Shown here: piece by piece, positions 28,357 through 36,487 of the stretch
How positions within the stretch are numbered: position 1 is the stretch's first letter
How the letters are laid out: each line of letters begins with the position of its first letter
Assembly: GCA_044222475.1 (NCBI GenBank)
Contig: JBGANF010000082.1
Span: 1 to 36,487, forward strand
From: Polyangiaceae bacterium
GTDB taxonomy: Bacteria; Myxococcota_A; Polyangia; Polyangiales; Polyangiaceae
DNA length: 36,487 nt
Reading direction: 5' to 3'
The notes under the pieces: model-generated
What the model was told of the DNA's origin: nothing
The model's input: only the letters and a program-made list of their open reading frames with translations
The model's database searches: none
Translations under genes and position numbers: made by a program

Positions 28357-29556
28357 GTGACCGTGAGTACGACGAAGAGCTACTGGGAAGACCCGTTCGC
28401 AGCCGAATTTACAGCCCCAGCGGCGGAGCTGACCACCTACGAGGGGCGCCCGGCGATCGTGCTCCCGGCGACGCTGTTCTACCCCGAGGGCGGCGGTCAG
28501 CTCGGCGACGTCGGCGTCCTCCGCGAAGGTGCACGCGAGCTGCGGGTCGTCGACACCCAGATCGACGAGGGCGGCACCATCTTCCACCTGCTCGACGCCG
28601 CCCCCGACGGGGCGATCGCGGGAGCGCTCGCCGGCGCGATCGACGTTCCGCGCCGGCGCGATCACATGGCTCAGCACACGGCGCAGCACATGCTGTCGCG
28701 CGCGTTGCTCGACGTCGCGCGTGCGCCGACCGTGTCGGCGAGGCTCGGCGCGACGAGCTGCACGATCGACGTCGACGTTCCGCAGATCGCCGATTCGGTC
28801 CTCTTCCAGATCGAAGACCTCGTGAACGGCGTGATCCGAAGCGACGCCTTGGTGCGCGCGTTCTTCCCGACCGACGCCGAGCTCGCGACGCTCGATCTGC
28901 GCCGCGCGCCCAAGGTGAGCGCGGGGGTGCGCATCATCGAGATCGACGGGTTCGATCTCACGCCGTGCGGCGGCACGCACTGCACGCGGACCGGACAGAT
29001 CGGCCAGGTGCGCGTGGCCTCCGTCGAGAAGTACAAGGGCAAGCTGCGCGTGTCGTTCCACGCGGCGAAGCGCGCGACCGACGACGCGAGGGCAAAGGAT
29101 CAGGTACTCGGTGCCCTCGCCGCGACGTTCTCGTGCGGCCCGCTCGACGTGCCGGACGCGGTCGCCAAGATGCGAGCCGAGCTCGACGATCGCAAGGAGA
29201 AGCTCGTGCGCGCGCGCGGCGAGCTCGCGCTCCTCGTGGGCGCCGACCTCCTCGCGCGCCACCCGCCCGATCCTTCGGGGACGACGATCGTCACGGTGAT
29301 CCGCGAAGGCGACGACGTCGGCTTCCTGCGCACGCTCGCCGGTCGCCTCGCGCAGCGGCCCGACGTCGTCGCCATCTGCGGCGCGGTCGATGGCCGCGAG
29401 AACGATGCCATGCTGATCGTGGCGCAGCGTGGAGCTTCGGCGCGCTTCGATTGCGGGGCGTGGCTCAAAGAGAAGGCTCGCGTCGCCGGCGGCCGCGGAG
29501 GCGGGCGCGACGAGCGCGCCGAAGGCCGTCTGCCGAAGGGAACGCCCCTGCCCTGA
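28357..29556 (+). CDS. Free-standing alanyl-tRNA editing protein (AlaX-like) with C-terminal DHHA1-like domain
   Basis: TLFYPEGGGQLGDVG, QHTAQHML (HxxxH), PCGGTHC (CxxxH), C-terminal GGRGGG. Confidence 0.92.
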   Translation: MTVSTTKSYWEDPFAAEFTAPAAELTTYEGRPAIVLPATLFYPEGGGQLGDVGVLREGARELRVVDTQIDEGGTIFHLLDAAPDGAIAGALAGAIDVPRRRDHMAQHTAQHMLSRALLDVARAPTVSARLGATSCTIDVDVPQIADSVLFQIEDLVNGVIRSDALVRAFFPTDAELATLDLRRAPKVSAGVRIIEIDGFDLTPCGGTHCTRTGQIGQVRVASVEKYKGKLRVSFHAAKRATDDARAKDQVLGALAATFSCGPLDVPDAVAKMRAELDDRKEKLVRARGELALLVGADLLARHPPDPSGTTIVTVIREGDDVGFLRTLAGRLAQRPDVVAICGAVDGRENDAMLIVAQRGASARFDCGAWLKEKARVAGGRGGGRDERAEGRLPKGTPLP

Positions 29557-29616
29557 CGCCCTGACGCCCAAATCGCCGGCTGTTTTCCCGCGGCCGTTGG
29601 CTTATGCTGGCGGGCC

Positions 29617-30552
29617 ATGGCATCGCTGATTCCGCCTGCGAAGAAGGACGATCCGGAGGACGTATCGTGGGCGCTCACGACCGCCGAGACGCAGTGGTCG
29701 CGCGGTGACAAAGCCGAGGCGCTGAAGTGGCTGCGCCGCGCCGTCGACGCCGCGTCGGACGCCGAAGACGACATGCGCGCGCTCGAGCTCGCGAAGGCCG
29801 CCGCGGAGCTGGCGAACGCGGTCGGGGCGAGCGGCCCTCCGCCGCTCCCGGCCGCCGGCGCGCGCAAGAGCGTGCCGCCGCCAGCGCCGGCCGCCGCGCG
29901 AAAGAGCGTTCCCCCGAAGGCGCCGACCGGGAAGAGCATCCCGCCGCGCCCCGCGGCCGGTACGCCGGCGAAGCCCACGGCGGTCAAGGTCGCGGCGCCC
30001 GTCCCGTCGAAGCCGGTCGTCGCCAAGTCCACGCCCCCGCCGAAGAAAGAGCCTTCGAAGGAAGAGAAGGAAGAGAACCGCAAGACCGCGCGCCGCTCGT
30101 ACGCCGGCGAGGTCCAGCGAGGCCGGGCCGAAGACAAAGAGTCGACGAAGACGAACACGAGCGAGATGCGCTTCACCGGCACCTCGCCGGCGGCGACCGA
30201 CAAGATCCGGGAGCCGATGCCCACCAAGCCGCCCGAGGCCGGCGCGGCGTCGACCGCCAACGACGCGGACTCCTGGCCGACCGAGACCCTCGCCGGCGAC
30301 GATCTGCCGCTCCCCAACTTCGAGCAGGAGCGCACCCGGATCGGAGCCGCTCAGTACCGCGCAGACAAGACCGACGAGCAGCGGTCGACGGCGAAGATCC
30401 GTCCCCTCCAGGCGGTGAAGGTGATGCTGTTCCGAGGCGCCGATGGGGCACTTCGGGTCGCTCCGGCAGGGAGCGACGTCTCGGCCGTCGCGATCGAGGC
30501 GATGCTGGTGTCGCTGGACCCCGACGTCGACCTCCCCTCCTGGCTGACCTGA
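29617..30552 (+). CDS. Hypothetical protein: helical N-domain, Pro/Lys-rich linker, short beta C-domain
   Basis: DDPEDVSWAL..AE..W.RG...EALKWLRRA helical segment; KS(V/I)PP repeats; typical codon usage. Confidence 0.8.
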   Translation: MASLIPPAKKDDPEDVSWALTTAETQWSRGDKAEALKWLRRAVDAASDAEDDMRALELAKAAAELANAVGASGPPPLPAAGARKSVPPPAPAAARKSVPPKAPTGKSIPPRPAAGTPAKPTAVKVAAPVPSKPVVAKSTPPPKKEPSKEEKEENRKTARRSYAGEVQRGRAEDKESTKTNTSEMRFTGTSPAATDKIREPMPTKPPEAGAASTANDADSWPTETLAGDDLPLPNFEQERTRIGAAQYRADKTDEQRSTAKIRPLQAVKVMLFRGADGALRVAPAGSDVSAVAIEAMLVSLDPDVDLPSWLT

Positions 30553-30615
30553 GGCTCACCTGAATCCGTTGGATTCCGCGCGCCTTGGCCCTAGATGGAG
30601 CTAAAAGGGAGCTTC

Positions 30616-33459
30616 ATGTTCGACGAGTTCGGGATCAACGCTGGTTACGTCGAGGACTTGCATGCGCGCTATCTCCAGTCGCCGCTCGGCGTCGACGAGA
30701 AGTGGCGGCGCTTCTTCGAGGAGCGAGAGAACGGCGCCTCGGCGCCGGCTTCGGTGCCTGCCGCGGAGCGCAACGGAAACGGCCCGTACGTCAACGGCTC
30801 GGCGACCTCGCTGCGCGCGCTCGGCGACGCCGTCTCGAACGCGATGCCCGTCCTCCGCATCGACGTACCGCACGACACGATGCCGCCGGCCGATCTCCTC
30901 GCCGACGCCACCGCCGGCGGCAAGGTCTACGCGCTGATCAACGCGTACCGCGTGCGCGGGCACCTCTTCGCGCGCGTGAACCCGCTCGGTGACGCCGACT
31001 CGGCCCCGAACGAGCTCCAGCTCGAGAACTTCGGGCTCTCCAAGACCGACCTCGATCTCACCTTCCCCACCTTGAACATCGGCGGGATGAGCGACAAGGC
31101 GTCGCTCCGCGAGATCATCGCCCACCTCGAGGACACGTACTGTCGATCGATCGGTGTAGAGTTCACGCAAATCGAGGCGCCCGAGCAGCGGCTGTGGCTG
31201 CGTCAGCGCATGGAGTCGACGCGCAACCGGCCGGCTGCGGATCCGGCGCTCGCGAAGCGCGTCCTCGCCAAGCTGACCGACGCCGAAGCGTTCGAGCAGT
31301 TCCTCGCGAAGAACTTCATCGGGCAGAAGCGCTTCAGCGCCGAAGGCGCCGAGAGCCTCATCGCGATGCTCGACGTGCTGATCGAAGAGTCGGGCGCGAA
31401 GGGTGTCGACGAGATCGTGTTCGGCATGGCCCACCGCGGTCGCCTGAACATCCTCGTCAACACGCTCGGGAAGAAGGTCCGCGAGCTGTTCGCCGCCTTC
31501 GACGACAAACACCCCGATCGCTTCATCGGCGGCGGCGACGTGAAGTACCACCTCGGCTACTCGAGCGACGTCGTCACCGAGTCGGGCGCGAAGGTGCACC
31601 TCACGCTGTGCTTCAACCCGAGCCACCTGGAGTTCGTCAACCCGGTCGTCGAGGGTCGCGTCCGCGCGAAGCAGGATCGCGTGCGCCGCACGAGCGTGAT
31701 GCCCCTGCTCATCCACGGCGACGCGGCGTTCATCGGCCAGGGCATCGTCCCCGAGACGCTGAACCTCGCCGGGCTCGAGGGCTACTCGACCGCGGGCACG
31801 GTCCACATCGTCGTGAACAACCAGATCGGCTTCACGACGCTTCCGCGCGACTCGCGCTCCACGCGCTACTGCACGGACATCACGCGCATGATGCGCGTCC
31901 CGGTGTTCCACGTGAACGGCGAAGATCCCGAGGCCGTGATCTGGGTCGCGAAGCTCGCGATCGAGTACCGCCAGCGGTTCGCGCAGGACGTCGTCATCGA
32001 CATGTACTGCTACCGCAAGTACGGCCACAACGAGGGCGACGAACCGCGCTTCACACAGCCGGTCATGTACTCGGTCATCGACAAGAAGCCGAGCGTGCGC
32101 GAGACGTACGTCCGCCGCCTCGTCGATGCCGGGATCGTCACCCAGGCCCAAGCCGACGAGATCGCGCAGAGCCGTCAGGCCGCGCTCAGCGCCGAGCTGA
32201 CCGAGGCGCGCAGCGGCGACTGGCACAAGCCGCCGCGCGCGATGGAGGGGCTCTGGGCGAAGTACAAGGGCGGGCCCGACGCGAGCGTCCCCGAGGTGTC
32301 GACCACCGTGCCGCTCCCGAAGCTCGTGGAGCTCGCGGAGTCGATGGCGAAGCTTCCCGAAGGGTTCAGCGCGAACCCCAAGGTGCTCAAGGTGTACCAG
32401 ACGGATCGCCGCGACCACGTCGTGCAGGGCAAGCCGCTCGACTGGGGCGCCGCCGAGCACCTGGCGTTCGCGAGCCTCCTCACCGAGGGCGTTCCGGTTC
32501 GCATCACCGGTCAGGACTCGCAGCGCGGCACGTTCACCCACCGCCACGCGACCCTGTTCGACTCGGTCACCGGCAAGCCCTACCGCCCCCTCGCCAACCT
32601 GACCGACACGCAGGCCCGCTTCGACGTCTACGACAGCCCGCTCTCGGAGGCCGGCGTGCTCGGGTTCGAGTACGGCTACAGCCTCGACCGACCCGACGGC
32701 CTGGTCATCTGGGAGGCGCAGTTCGGCGACTTCGCCAACGGCGCCCAGGTCATCGTCGATCAGTTCCTCACCAGCGCCGAGGACAAGTGGCTTCGCCTTT
32801 CGGGCCTCGTTCTGCTCCTGCCCCACGGCTACGAAGGCCAGGGTCCGGAGCACTCGTCCGCCCGCATCGAGCGGTTCCTCCAGCTCGCGGCCGAGGACAA
32901 CATCCAGGTCGTCAACCTCACGACGCCGGCGCAGTACTTCCACTGCCTGCGCCGCCAGGTGCACCGCCCGTGGCGCAAGCCGCTCGTCGTGATGACTCCG
33001 AAGAGCCTCCTCCGTCACAAAGAGGCAGTCTCGCTTCCGAGCGAGCTCGCCGAAGGCAGCTTCCAGCGCGTCATCGGCGACTCGACCGTCGATCCCAAGA
33101 AGGTCACCCGCGTGCTCCTCTGCTGCGGCAAGGCCTACTACGACCTCGTCGACACGCGCCGGAAGCTCGGCCGAGACGACGTCGCCATCGTCCGCCTCGA
33201 GCAGCTCTACCCGCTCGACGGATCGCTCGCGACCGTGCTCGCTCCGTACCAAGATGGTACGAAGCTCGTCTGGGTCCAGGACGAGCCGCGCAACATGGGC
33301 GCGTGGTACTTCCTCAACGCCCGCCTCCGCGAGTTCATCGGCGATCGCCTGCCGCTCTCGGTCGCGTGCCGCGCAGAGAGCGCGAGCCCGGCCACCGGCA
33401 GCAACGCGAGCCACTACCTCGAGCAGAAGATGCTTCACGAAGCCGCCTTCGGCGGCTGA
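30616..33459 (+). CDS. sucA: 2-oxoglutarate dehydrogenase E1 component
   Basis: GGGAG SD; NAGYVEDL, AYRVRGH, GMAHRGRLN, DVKYHLG, NPSHLE, HGDAAF, WEAQFGDFANGAQ, LPHGYEGQGPEHSS. Confidence 0.98.
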   Translation: MFDEFGINAGYVEDLHARYLQSPLGVDEKWRRFFEERENGASAPASVPAAERNGNGPYVNGSATSLRALGDAVSNAMPVLRIDVPHDTMPPADLLADATAGGKVYALINAYRVRGHLFARVNPLGDADSAPNELQLENFGLSKTDLDLTFPTLNIGGMSDKASLREIIAHLEDTYCRSIGVEFTQIEAPEQRLWLRQRMESTRNRPAADPALAKRVLAKLTDAEAFEQFLAKNFIGQKRFSAEGAESLIAMLDVLIEESGAKGVDEIVFGMAHRGRLNILVNTLGKKVRELFAAFDDKHPDRFIGGGDVKYHLGYSSDVVTESGAKVHLTLCFNPSHLEFVNPVVEGRVRAKQDRVRRTSVMPLLIHGDAAFIGQGIVPETLNLAGLEGYSTAGTVHIVVNNQIGFTTLPRDSRSTRYCTDITRMMRVPVFHVNGEDPEAVIWVAKLAIEYRQRFAQDVVIDMYCYRKYGHNEGDEPRFTQPVMYSVIDKKPSVRETYVRRLVDAGIVTQAQADEIAQSRQAALSAELTEARSGDWHKPPRAMEGLWAKYKGGPDASVPEVSTTVPLPKLVELAESMAKLPEGFSANPKVLKVYQTDRRDHVVQGKPLDWGAAEHLAFASLLTEGVPVRITGQDSQRGTFTHRHATLFDSVTGKPYRPLANLTDTQARFDVYDSPLSEAGVLGFEYGYSLDRPDGLVIWEAQFGDFANGAQVIVDQFLTSAEDKWLRLSGLVLLLPHGYEGQGPEHSSARIERFLQLAAEDNIQVVNLTTPAQYFHCLRRQVHRPWRKPLVVMTPKSLLRHKEAVSLPSELAEGSFQRVIGDSTVDPKKVTRVLLCCGKAYYDLVDTRRKLGRDDVAIVRLEQLYPLDGSLATVLAPYQDGTKLVWVQDEPRNMGAWYFLNARLREFIGDRLPLSVACRAESASPATGSNASHYLEQKMLHEAAFGG

Positions 33460-33479
33460 GACGAGCGAACGGGCGCGCC

Positions 33480-35051
33480 GTGAACGAGCTCCTCCTTCAC
33501 TTCAAGACGCGCTGGCCGTTCCTCGCTCTCTTCGGCGCGCTGATCGTCGTCGCGATCCTCGTCAACCGATTCCGCCCGACGGAGCGGCGAACGCTCCGAC
33601 GAGCGGCGATCCTCTTCGTCTTCGCCATCACGGCGGAGGCTCTCCTCGCGGTCGCGGTGGGCGTCAACTCGACCCCCTGGGAGTCGCGCCTCCAGTTCGC
33701 CACCCGCCTCTTCAGCGGCTTCACCGCGCTGAACCTCGCTGCCGTCGTCATCTTCGACCTGGTCCTCTTCGCGCTCGGGATCGAGCTCGCGACGATCGCC
33801 AGCGATCTCGCGGTGGGTCTCGGCTACGTCCTCGTCACGGCCGGGGCGCTCAGTGCGTTCGGCGTCAACGCGTCCTCGGTGCTCGGCGCGTCGGCGGTCG
33901 TGTCCGCGATCCTCGCGTTGTCGCTCCAGCAGACGCTGGGCAACGTCATCGGCGGCGTCGCGCTCCAGCTCGACGGCTCGATCCACGTGGACGACTGGCT
34001 TCAGCTCGAGAACGGACGGCAGGGCAAGGTCCGCGAAATCCGCTGGCGTCACACCGTGCTCGAGACGCGCGACTGGGGGCGGCTGATCGTCCCGAACTCG
34101 GTGCTCCTGTCGAGCCAGATCCTGATCCTCGGCAAGCGCGAGGGGAAACCGCTCCAGCACCGGCTGTGGATCTACTTCAACGTCGACCACCGGTTCGCTC
34201 CGTCGCAGGTCATCTCCGTCGTGAACGAGGCGCTGCAGTCGGCGCCGATCCCCAACGTCGCCGACGATCCGAAGCCGCACTGCATCCTGATGGACTTCGC
34301 CAGCCCGGGCCGCGACAGCGTCGGCTACTACGCCGTGCGCTATTGGCTCACGGACCTCGCGGTCGACGACCCGACGAGCTCGGCCGTCCGCATTCGGCTC
34401 CAAGCGGGGCTTCGCCGCGCGCAGATCCCGTTCGCGCTCCCCGCGCAAACCGTGTTCTTCGCGCCGGGCGGCGACGAAGAAGAGGCGCGCAAGCTCGTCC
34501 GCCACCGCCAGAAGCGCTTCAACGCGCTCCGCAGCATGAAGCTGTTCGGCGGTCTCACCGCCGCCGAGATCGAGTCGATCGTCGACAGCCTGAAGTATGC
34601 GCCGTTCTGCGCGGGTGAGACGGTGACGCGGCAGGGCAACGTCGCCCACTGGCTCTACATCCTGACGACCGGCACGGTCGAGATCCGCACCAAGCTCGAG
34701 ACCGACACGAAGAAGTCCAAGTCGAAGGACGTCGCTTCGCGCGTCGTCGCCACGATCAAGGCGCCCGGCGTGTTCGGCGAGATGGGCCTGATGACCGGCG
34801 AGCCACGCGCGGCCGACGTCATCGCGACCAGCGACGTGGAGTGCTACCGGCTCGAGAAGGACGCGTTCGATCACATCGTGCGGGAGCGCCCCGAGATCGC
34901 GGCCGAGATGTCGCGCATCCTCGCCGAACGGCGCGTCGAGCTCGCCGCCGCCCGCGAAGATCTCGACGACGCGGAGCGCGCGCGCCGCATGAAGGTCGAA
35001 GAGGAGCGCATCTTCTCCCGCATCAAGGAGTTCTTCGCTCTCGGCGATTGA
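33480..35051 (+). CDS. MscS-family channel with C-terminal cyclic-nucleotide-binding domain (bCNG-like)
   Basis: N-terminal TM helices, LQQTLGNVIGG..LQLD, GKVREIRWRHT, IVPNS; cNMP motif FGEMGLMTGEPRAADV; real start GTG 33480. Confidence 0.92.
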   Translation: MNELLLHFKTRWPFLALFGALIVVAILVNRFRPTERRTLRRAAILFVFAITAEALLAVAVGVNSTPWESRLQFATRLFSGFTALNLAAVVIFDLVLFALGIELATIASDLAVGLGYVLVTAGALSAFGVNASSVLGASAVVSAILALSLQQTLGNVIGGVALQLDGSIHVDDWLQLENGRQGKVREIRWRHTVLETRDWGRLIVPNSVLLSSQILILGKREGKPLQHRLWIYFNVDHRFAPSQVISVVNEALQSAPIPNVADDPKPHCILMDFASPGRDSVGYYAVRYWLTDLAVDDPTSSAVRIRLQAGLRRAQIPFALPAQTVFFAPGGDEEEARKLVRHRQKRFNALRSMKLFGGLTAAEIESIVDSLKYAPFCAGETVTRQGNVAHWLYILTTGTVEIRTKLETDTKKSKSKDVASRVVATIKAPGVFGEMGLMTGEPRAADVIATSDVECYRLEKDAFDHIVRERPEIAAEMSRILAERRVELAAAREDLDDAERARRMKVEEERIFSRIKEFFALGD

Positions 35052-35062
35052 GTCGGTTGAGG

Positions 35063-35731
35063 ATGGAACCCTTCTCGCTCCCGATCCGCACCGCCGACGA
35101 CGCCGCCCGCGTCGTGCGCGCGCTCGGCAAGCACCGCTACGTCGGCGGGCGCGTGATCGCGATCCACGCGCTCTGCGCCGACCTCGGCGACGACAGCGAG
35201 CTCGCGCGCTGGGCGAAGGGCGTGCTCGCGGACGCCTCCATCGACGCCGCCTCGCGTGACGAGCGTCTCTACCGAGCGTCGTCCGAGGACGACCTCGCGA
35301 ACGTCCTGCTCGCGTATTGGGGCGAGGATGCCTCCGCGCGGGATCGCCTCGCCGAGCGCCTCGCGAAGCTCGATCTTTCGGACTCGGACGCGGAGCCCTT
35401 CGACGAGACCGTCGAAGAGGACATCCATCCGCTGCTCGTCGACGCCGGCTGGGAGCTGCTCCCGCTCGCGTCGCTCGACGCGGAGCGCCACAAAGGCGCG
35501 ATCGCGGCGTACGGCGATCCGCTGTGGTTCGAGTCGGCGCGCTTCGAAGAAGAGAACGCCATCCCGAAGATCGCTCACCTCCAAGAGCTGTCCGCGCTGG
35601 GACCGGCGGAGCTCTTGCGCGGCTCCCGAGACGGGGTGATCGACGGCGACCTCGTGCTCTGGACGAGCGGCGACGGGGTCTACCAGGACTACGTGCTGCG
35701 GGGAGTGCTGCGGGCGGCGAAGCTGGGGTGA
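35063..35731 (+). CDS. Hypothetical acidic protein
   Basis: GAGG SD before ATG 35063; typical codon usage; no recognised motif. Confidence 0.75.
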   Translation: MEPFSLPIRTADDAARVVRALGKHRYVGGRVIAIHALCADLGDDSELARWAKGVLADASIDAASRDERLYRASSEDDLANVLLAYWGEDASARDRLAERLAKLDLSDSDAEPFDETVEEDIHPLLVDAGWELLPLASLDAERHKGAIAAYGDPLWFESARFEEENAIPKIAHLQELSALGPAELLRGSRDGVIDGDLVLWTSGDGVYQDYVLRGVLRAAKLG

Positions 35732-35831
35732 TGCCCCTCACCGCGGCGCTTCGCGCCGCGACTCTCCCCCGCGGCGCTGCGCGCCGCGACTCTCCCCGAA
35801 CGCGGCGCTTCGCGCCGCGTGGGGAGAGTGA
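35730..35831 (+). repeat. REP-like element, copy 1 (CCCCTCACC...CTCTCCCC...GGGGAGAG)
   Basis: Three CGCGGCGC-NNC-GCGCCGCG hairpins; second copy at 36426. Confidence 0.85.
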
Positions 35832-35866
35832 TTCCAGCGATGTACCCTCTTGGTACACCGCTTCTG

Positions 35867-35896
35867 CCCGTCCCCGTCCCCGTCCCCGTCCCCGTA
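35867..35896. repeat. (CCCGTC)x5 hexamer repeat; G-quadruplex-type motif on the minus strand
   Basis: Minus strand reads GGGGACGGGGACGGGGACGGGGACGGG. Confidence 0.8.
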
Positions 35897-35966
35897 CGGC
35901 GACCACCCGTCCTCATCGGGGGCGCAGTCAGTGGCTGGCACGCCGGCTGCAAGCCAACGTGTCATC

Positions 35967-36425
35967 GTGATCAAGTCGGGCGCCCTGGCTCTGTTGTTCG
36001 GCGGTTTCGTGATGCTCGCCTGCGGAGATGCCTCATCGCCCCGGATCGACGGACCATCAGTGGGGGCGACAAATTCCGGCGTGGACGGAGGGAAGCGCGA
36101 CGTCGGGCCGGACGGGCCGGACTACCGGGACCCGAAGGCGGGAGATGGAGCGTGCAGCGCGCCGAACCTCGTGTGCAACGGCGCGTGCGTCGACTCGAGC
36201 TCGGACACTGCCAACTGCGGGGGCTGCGGGAAAGCGTGCCTGAGCTCGAGCGCGGTGTGCAACGCCGGGAGCTGCGGGTGTCTTGGGACGCTGATGGACT
36301 ACTGCGCCGGGGTCGGGTGCATGGATGTGTCGAAGGATTTCGACAACTGCGGGGCGTGTGGGAATGCGTGTGATCCCAATGCGGATGATCGGTGTGAAGC
36401 GGGGAAGTGCGTGCCGATGGAGTGA
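35967..36425 (+). CDS. Cys-rich lipoprotein with CxDxxxDxxNCGxCGxxC repeats
   Basis: Lipobox MLA-C; CVDSSSDTANCGGCGKAC and CMDVSKDFDNCGACGNAC; start GTG 35967 inferred. Confidence 0.82.
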   Translation: MIKSGALALLFGGFVMLACGDASSPRIDGPSVGATNSGVDGGKRDVGPDGPDYRDPKAGDGACSAPNLVCNGACVDSSSDTANCGGCGKACLSSSAVCNAGSCGCLGTLMDYCAGVGCMDVSKDFDNCGACGNACDPNADDRCEAGKCVPME

Positions 36426-36487
36426 GATGCCCCTCACCGCCGCGCTTCGCGCGGCGACTCTCCCCAAACGCGGCGCGTCGCGCCGCG
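36426..36487 (+). repeat. REP-like element, copy 2 (truncated by the window end)
   Basis: GATGCCCCTCACCGC..GCGCTTCGCGC..CGACTCTCCCC.AACGCGGCGC matches 35730 onward in direct orientation. Confidence 0.85.

Noticed and set aside
30601..33438. 945-aa antisense ORF to sucA, and similar ones opposite asnS, glgA, the acyl-CoA ligase and miaB
   Set aside because: Stop-free antisense frames are expected with strong GC3 bias; they show no motifs.
31194..35051. Apparent 1285-aa ORF overlapping sucA, suggesting a giant fusion channel
   Set aside because: The first roughly 760 codons are an Arg-rich off-frame shadow of sucA; the real channel starts at GTG 33480.

Overview
High-GC (roughly 70%) bacterial chromosome segment. 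It is most likely Myxococcota (Polyangiales-like), inferred from a MYXO-CTERM-type sorting tail, Cys-rich secreted proteins and about 12 lipobox-bearing proteins. Core genes are an acyl-CoA thioesterase, asnS, glgA, a long-chain acyl-CoA synthetase, miaB, a ClsB-like PLD, a PlsC-like acyltransferase, thiS, an AlaX editing protein, sucA and an MscS-cNMP channel. These are interspersed with two ECF sigma factors, a His-rich Spy/CpxP-like + OmpR/HK + RlpA operon and a cluster of paralogous lipoproteins. No phage, CRISPR array, transposase, rRNA or tRNA was seen. The most unusual signals are non-coding: (i) three to four unrelated palindromic REP/MITE-like families, some with compensatory base changes, one pair bracketing a Cys-rich gene; (ii) a mirror-symmetric array of six CGTAAC/GTTACG boxes before an orphan ECF sigma that precedes an OB-fold lipoprotein / M16-like / cardiolipin synthase / acyltransferase run; (iii) a recurring TANNNT-6 nt-start codon leaderless-promoter signature; (iv) a lipoprotein gene with no stop codon before its terminator. 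No complete novel system can be proven from sequence alone. All family assignments come from motif recognition, not database searches.
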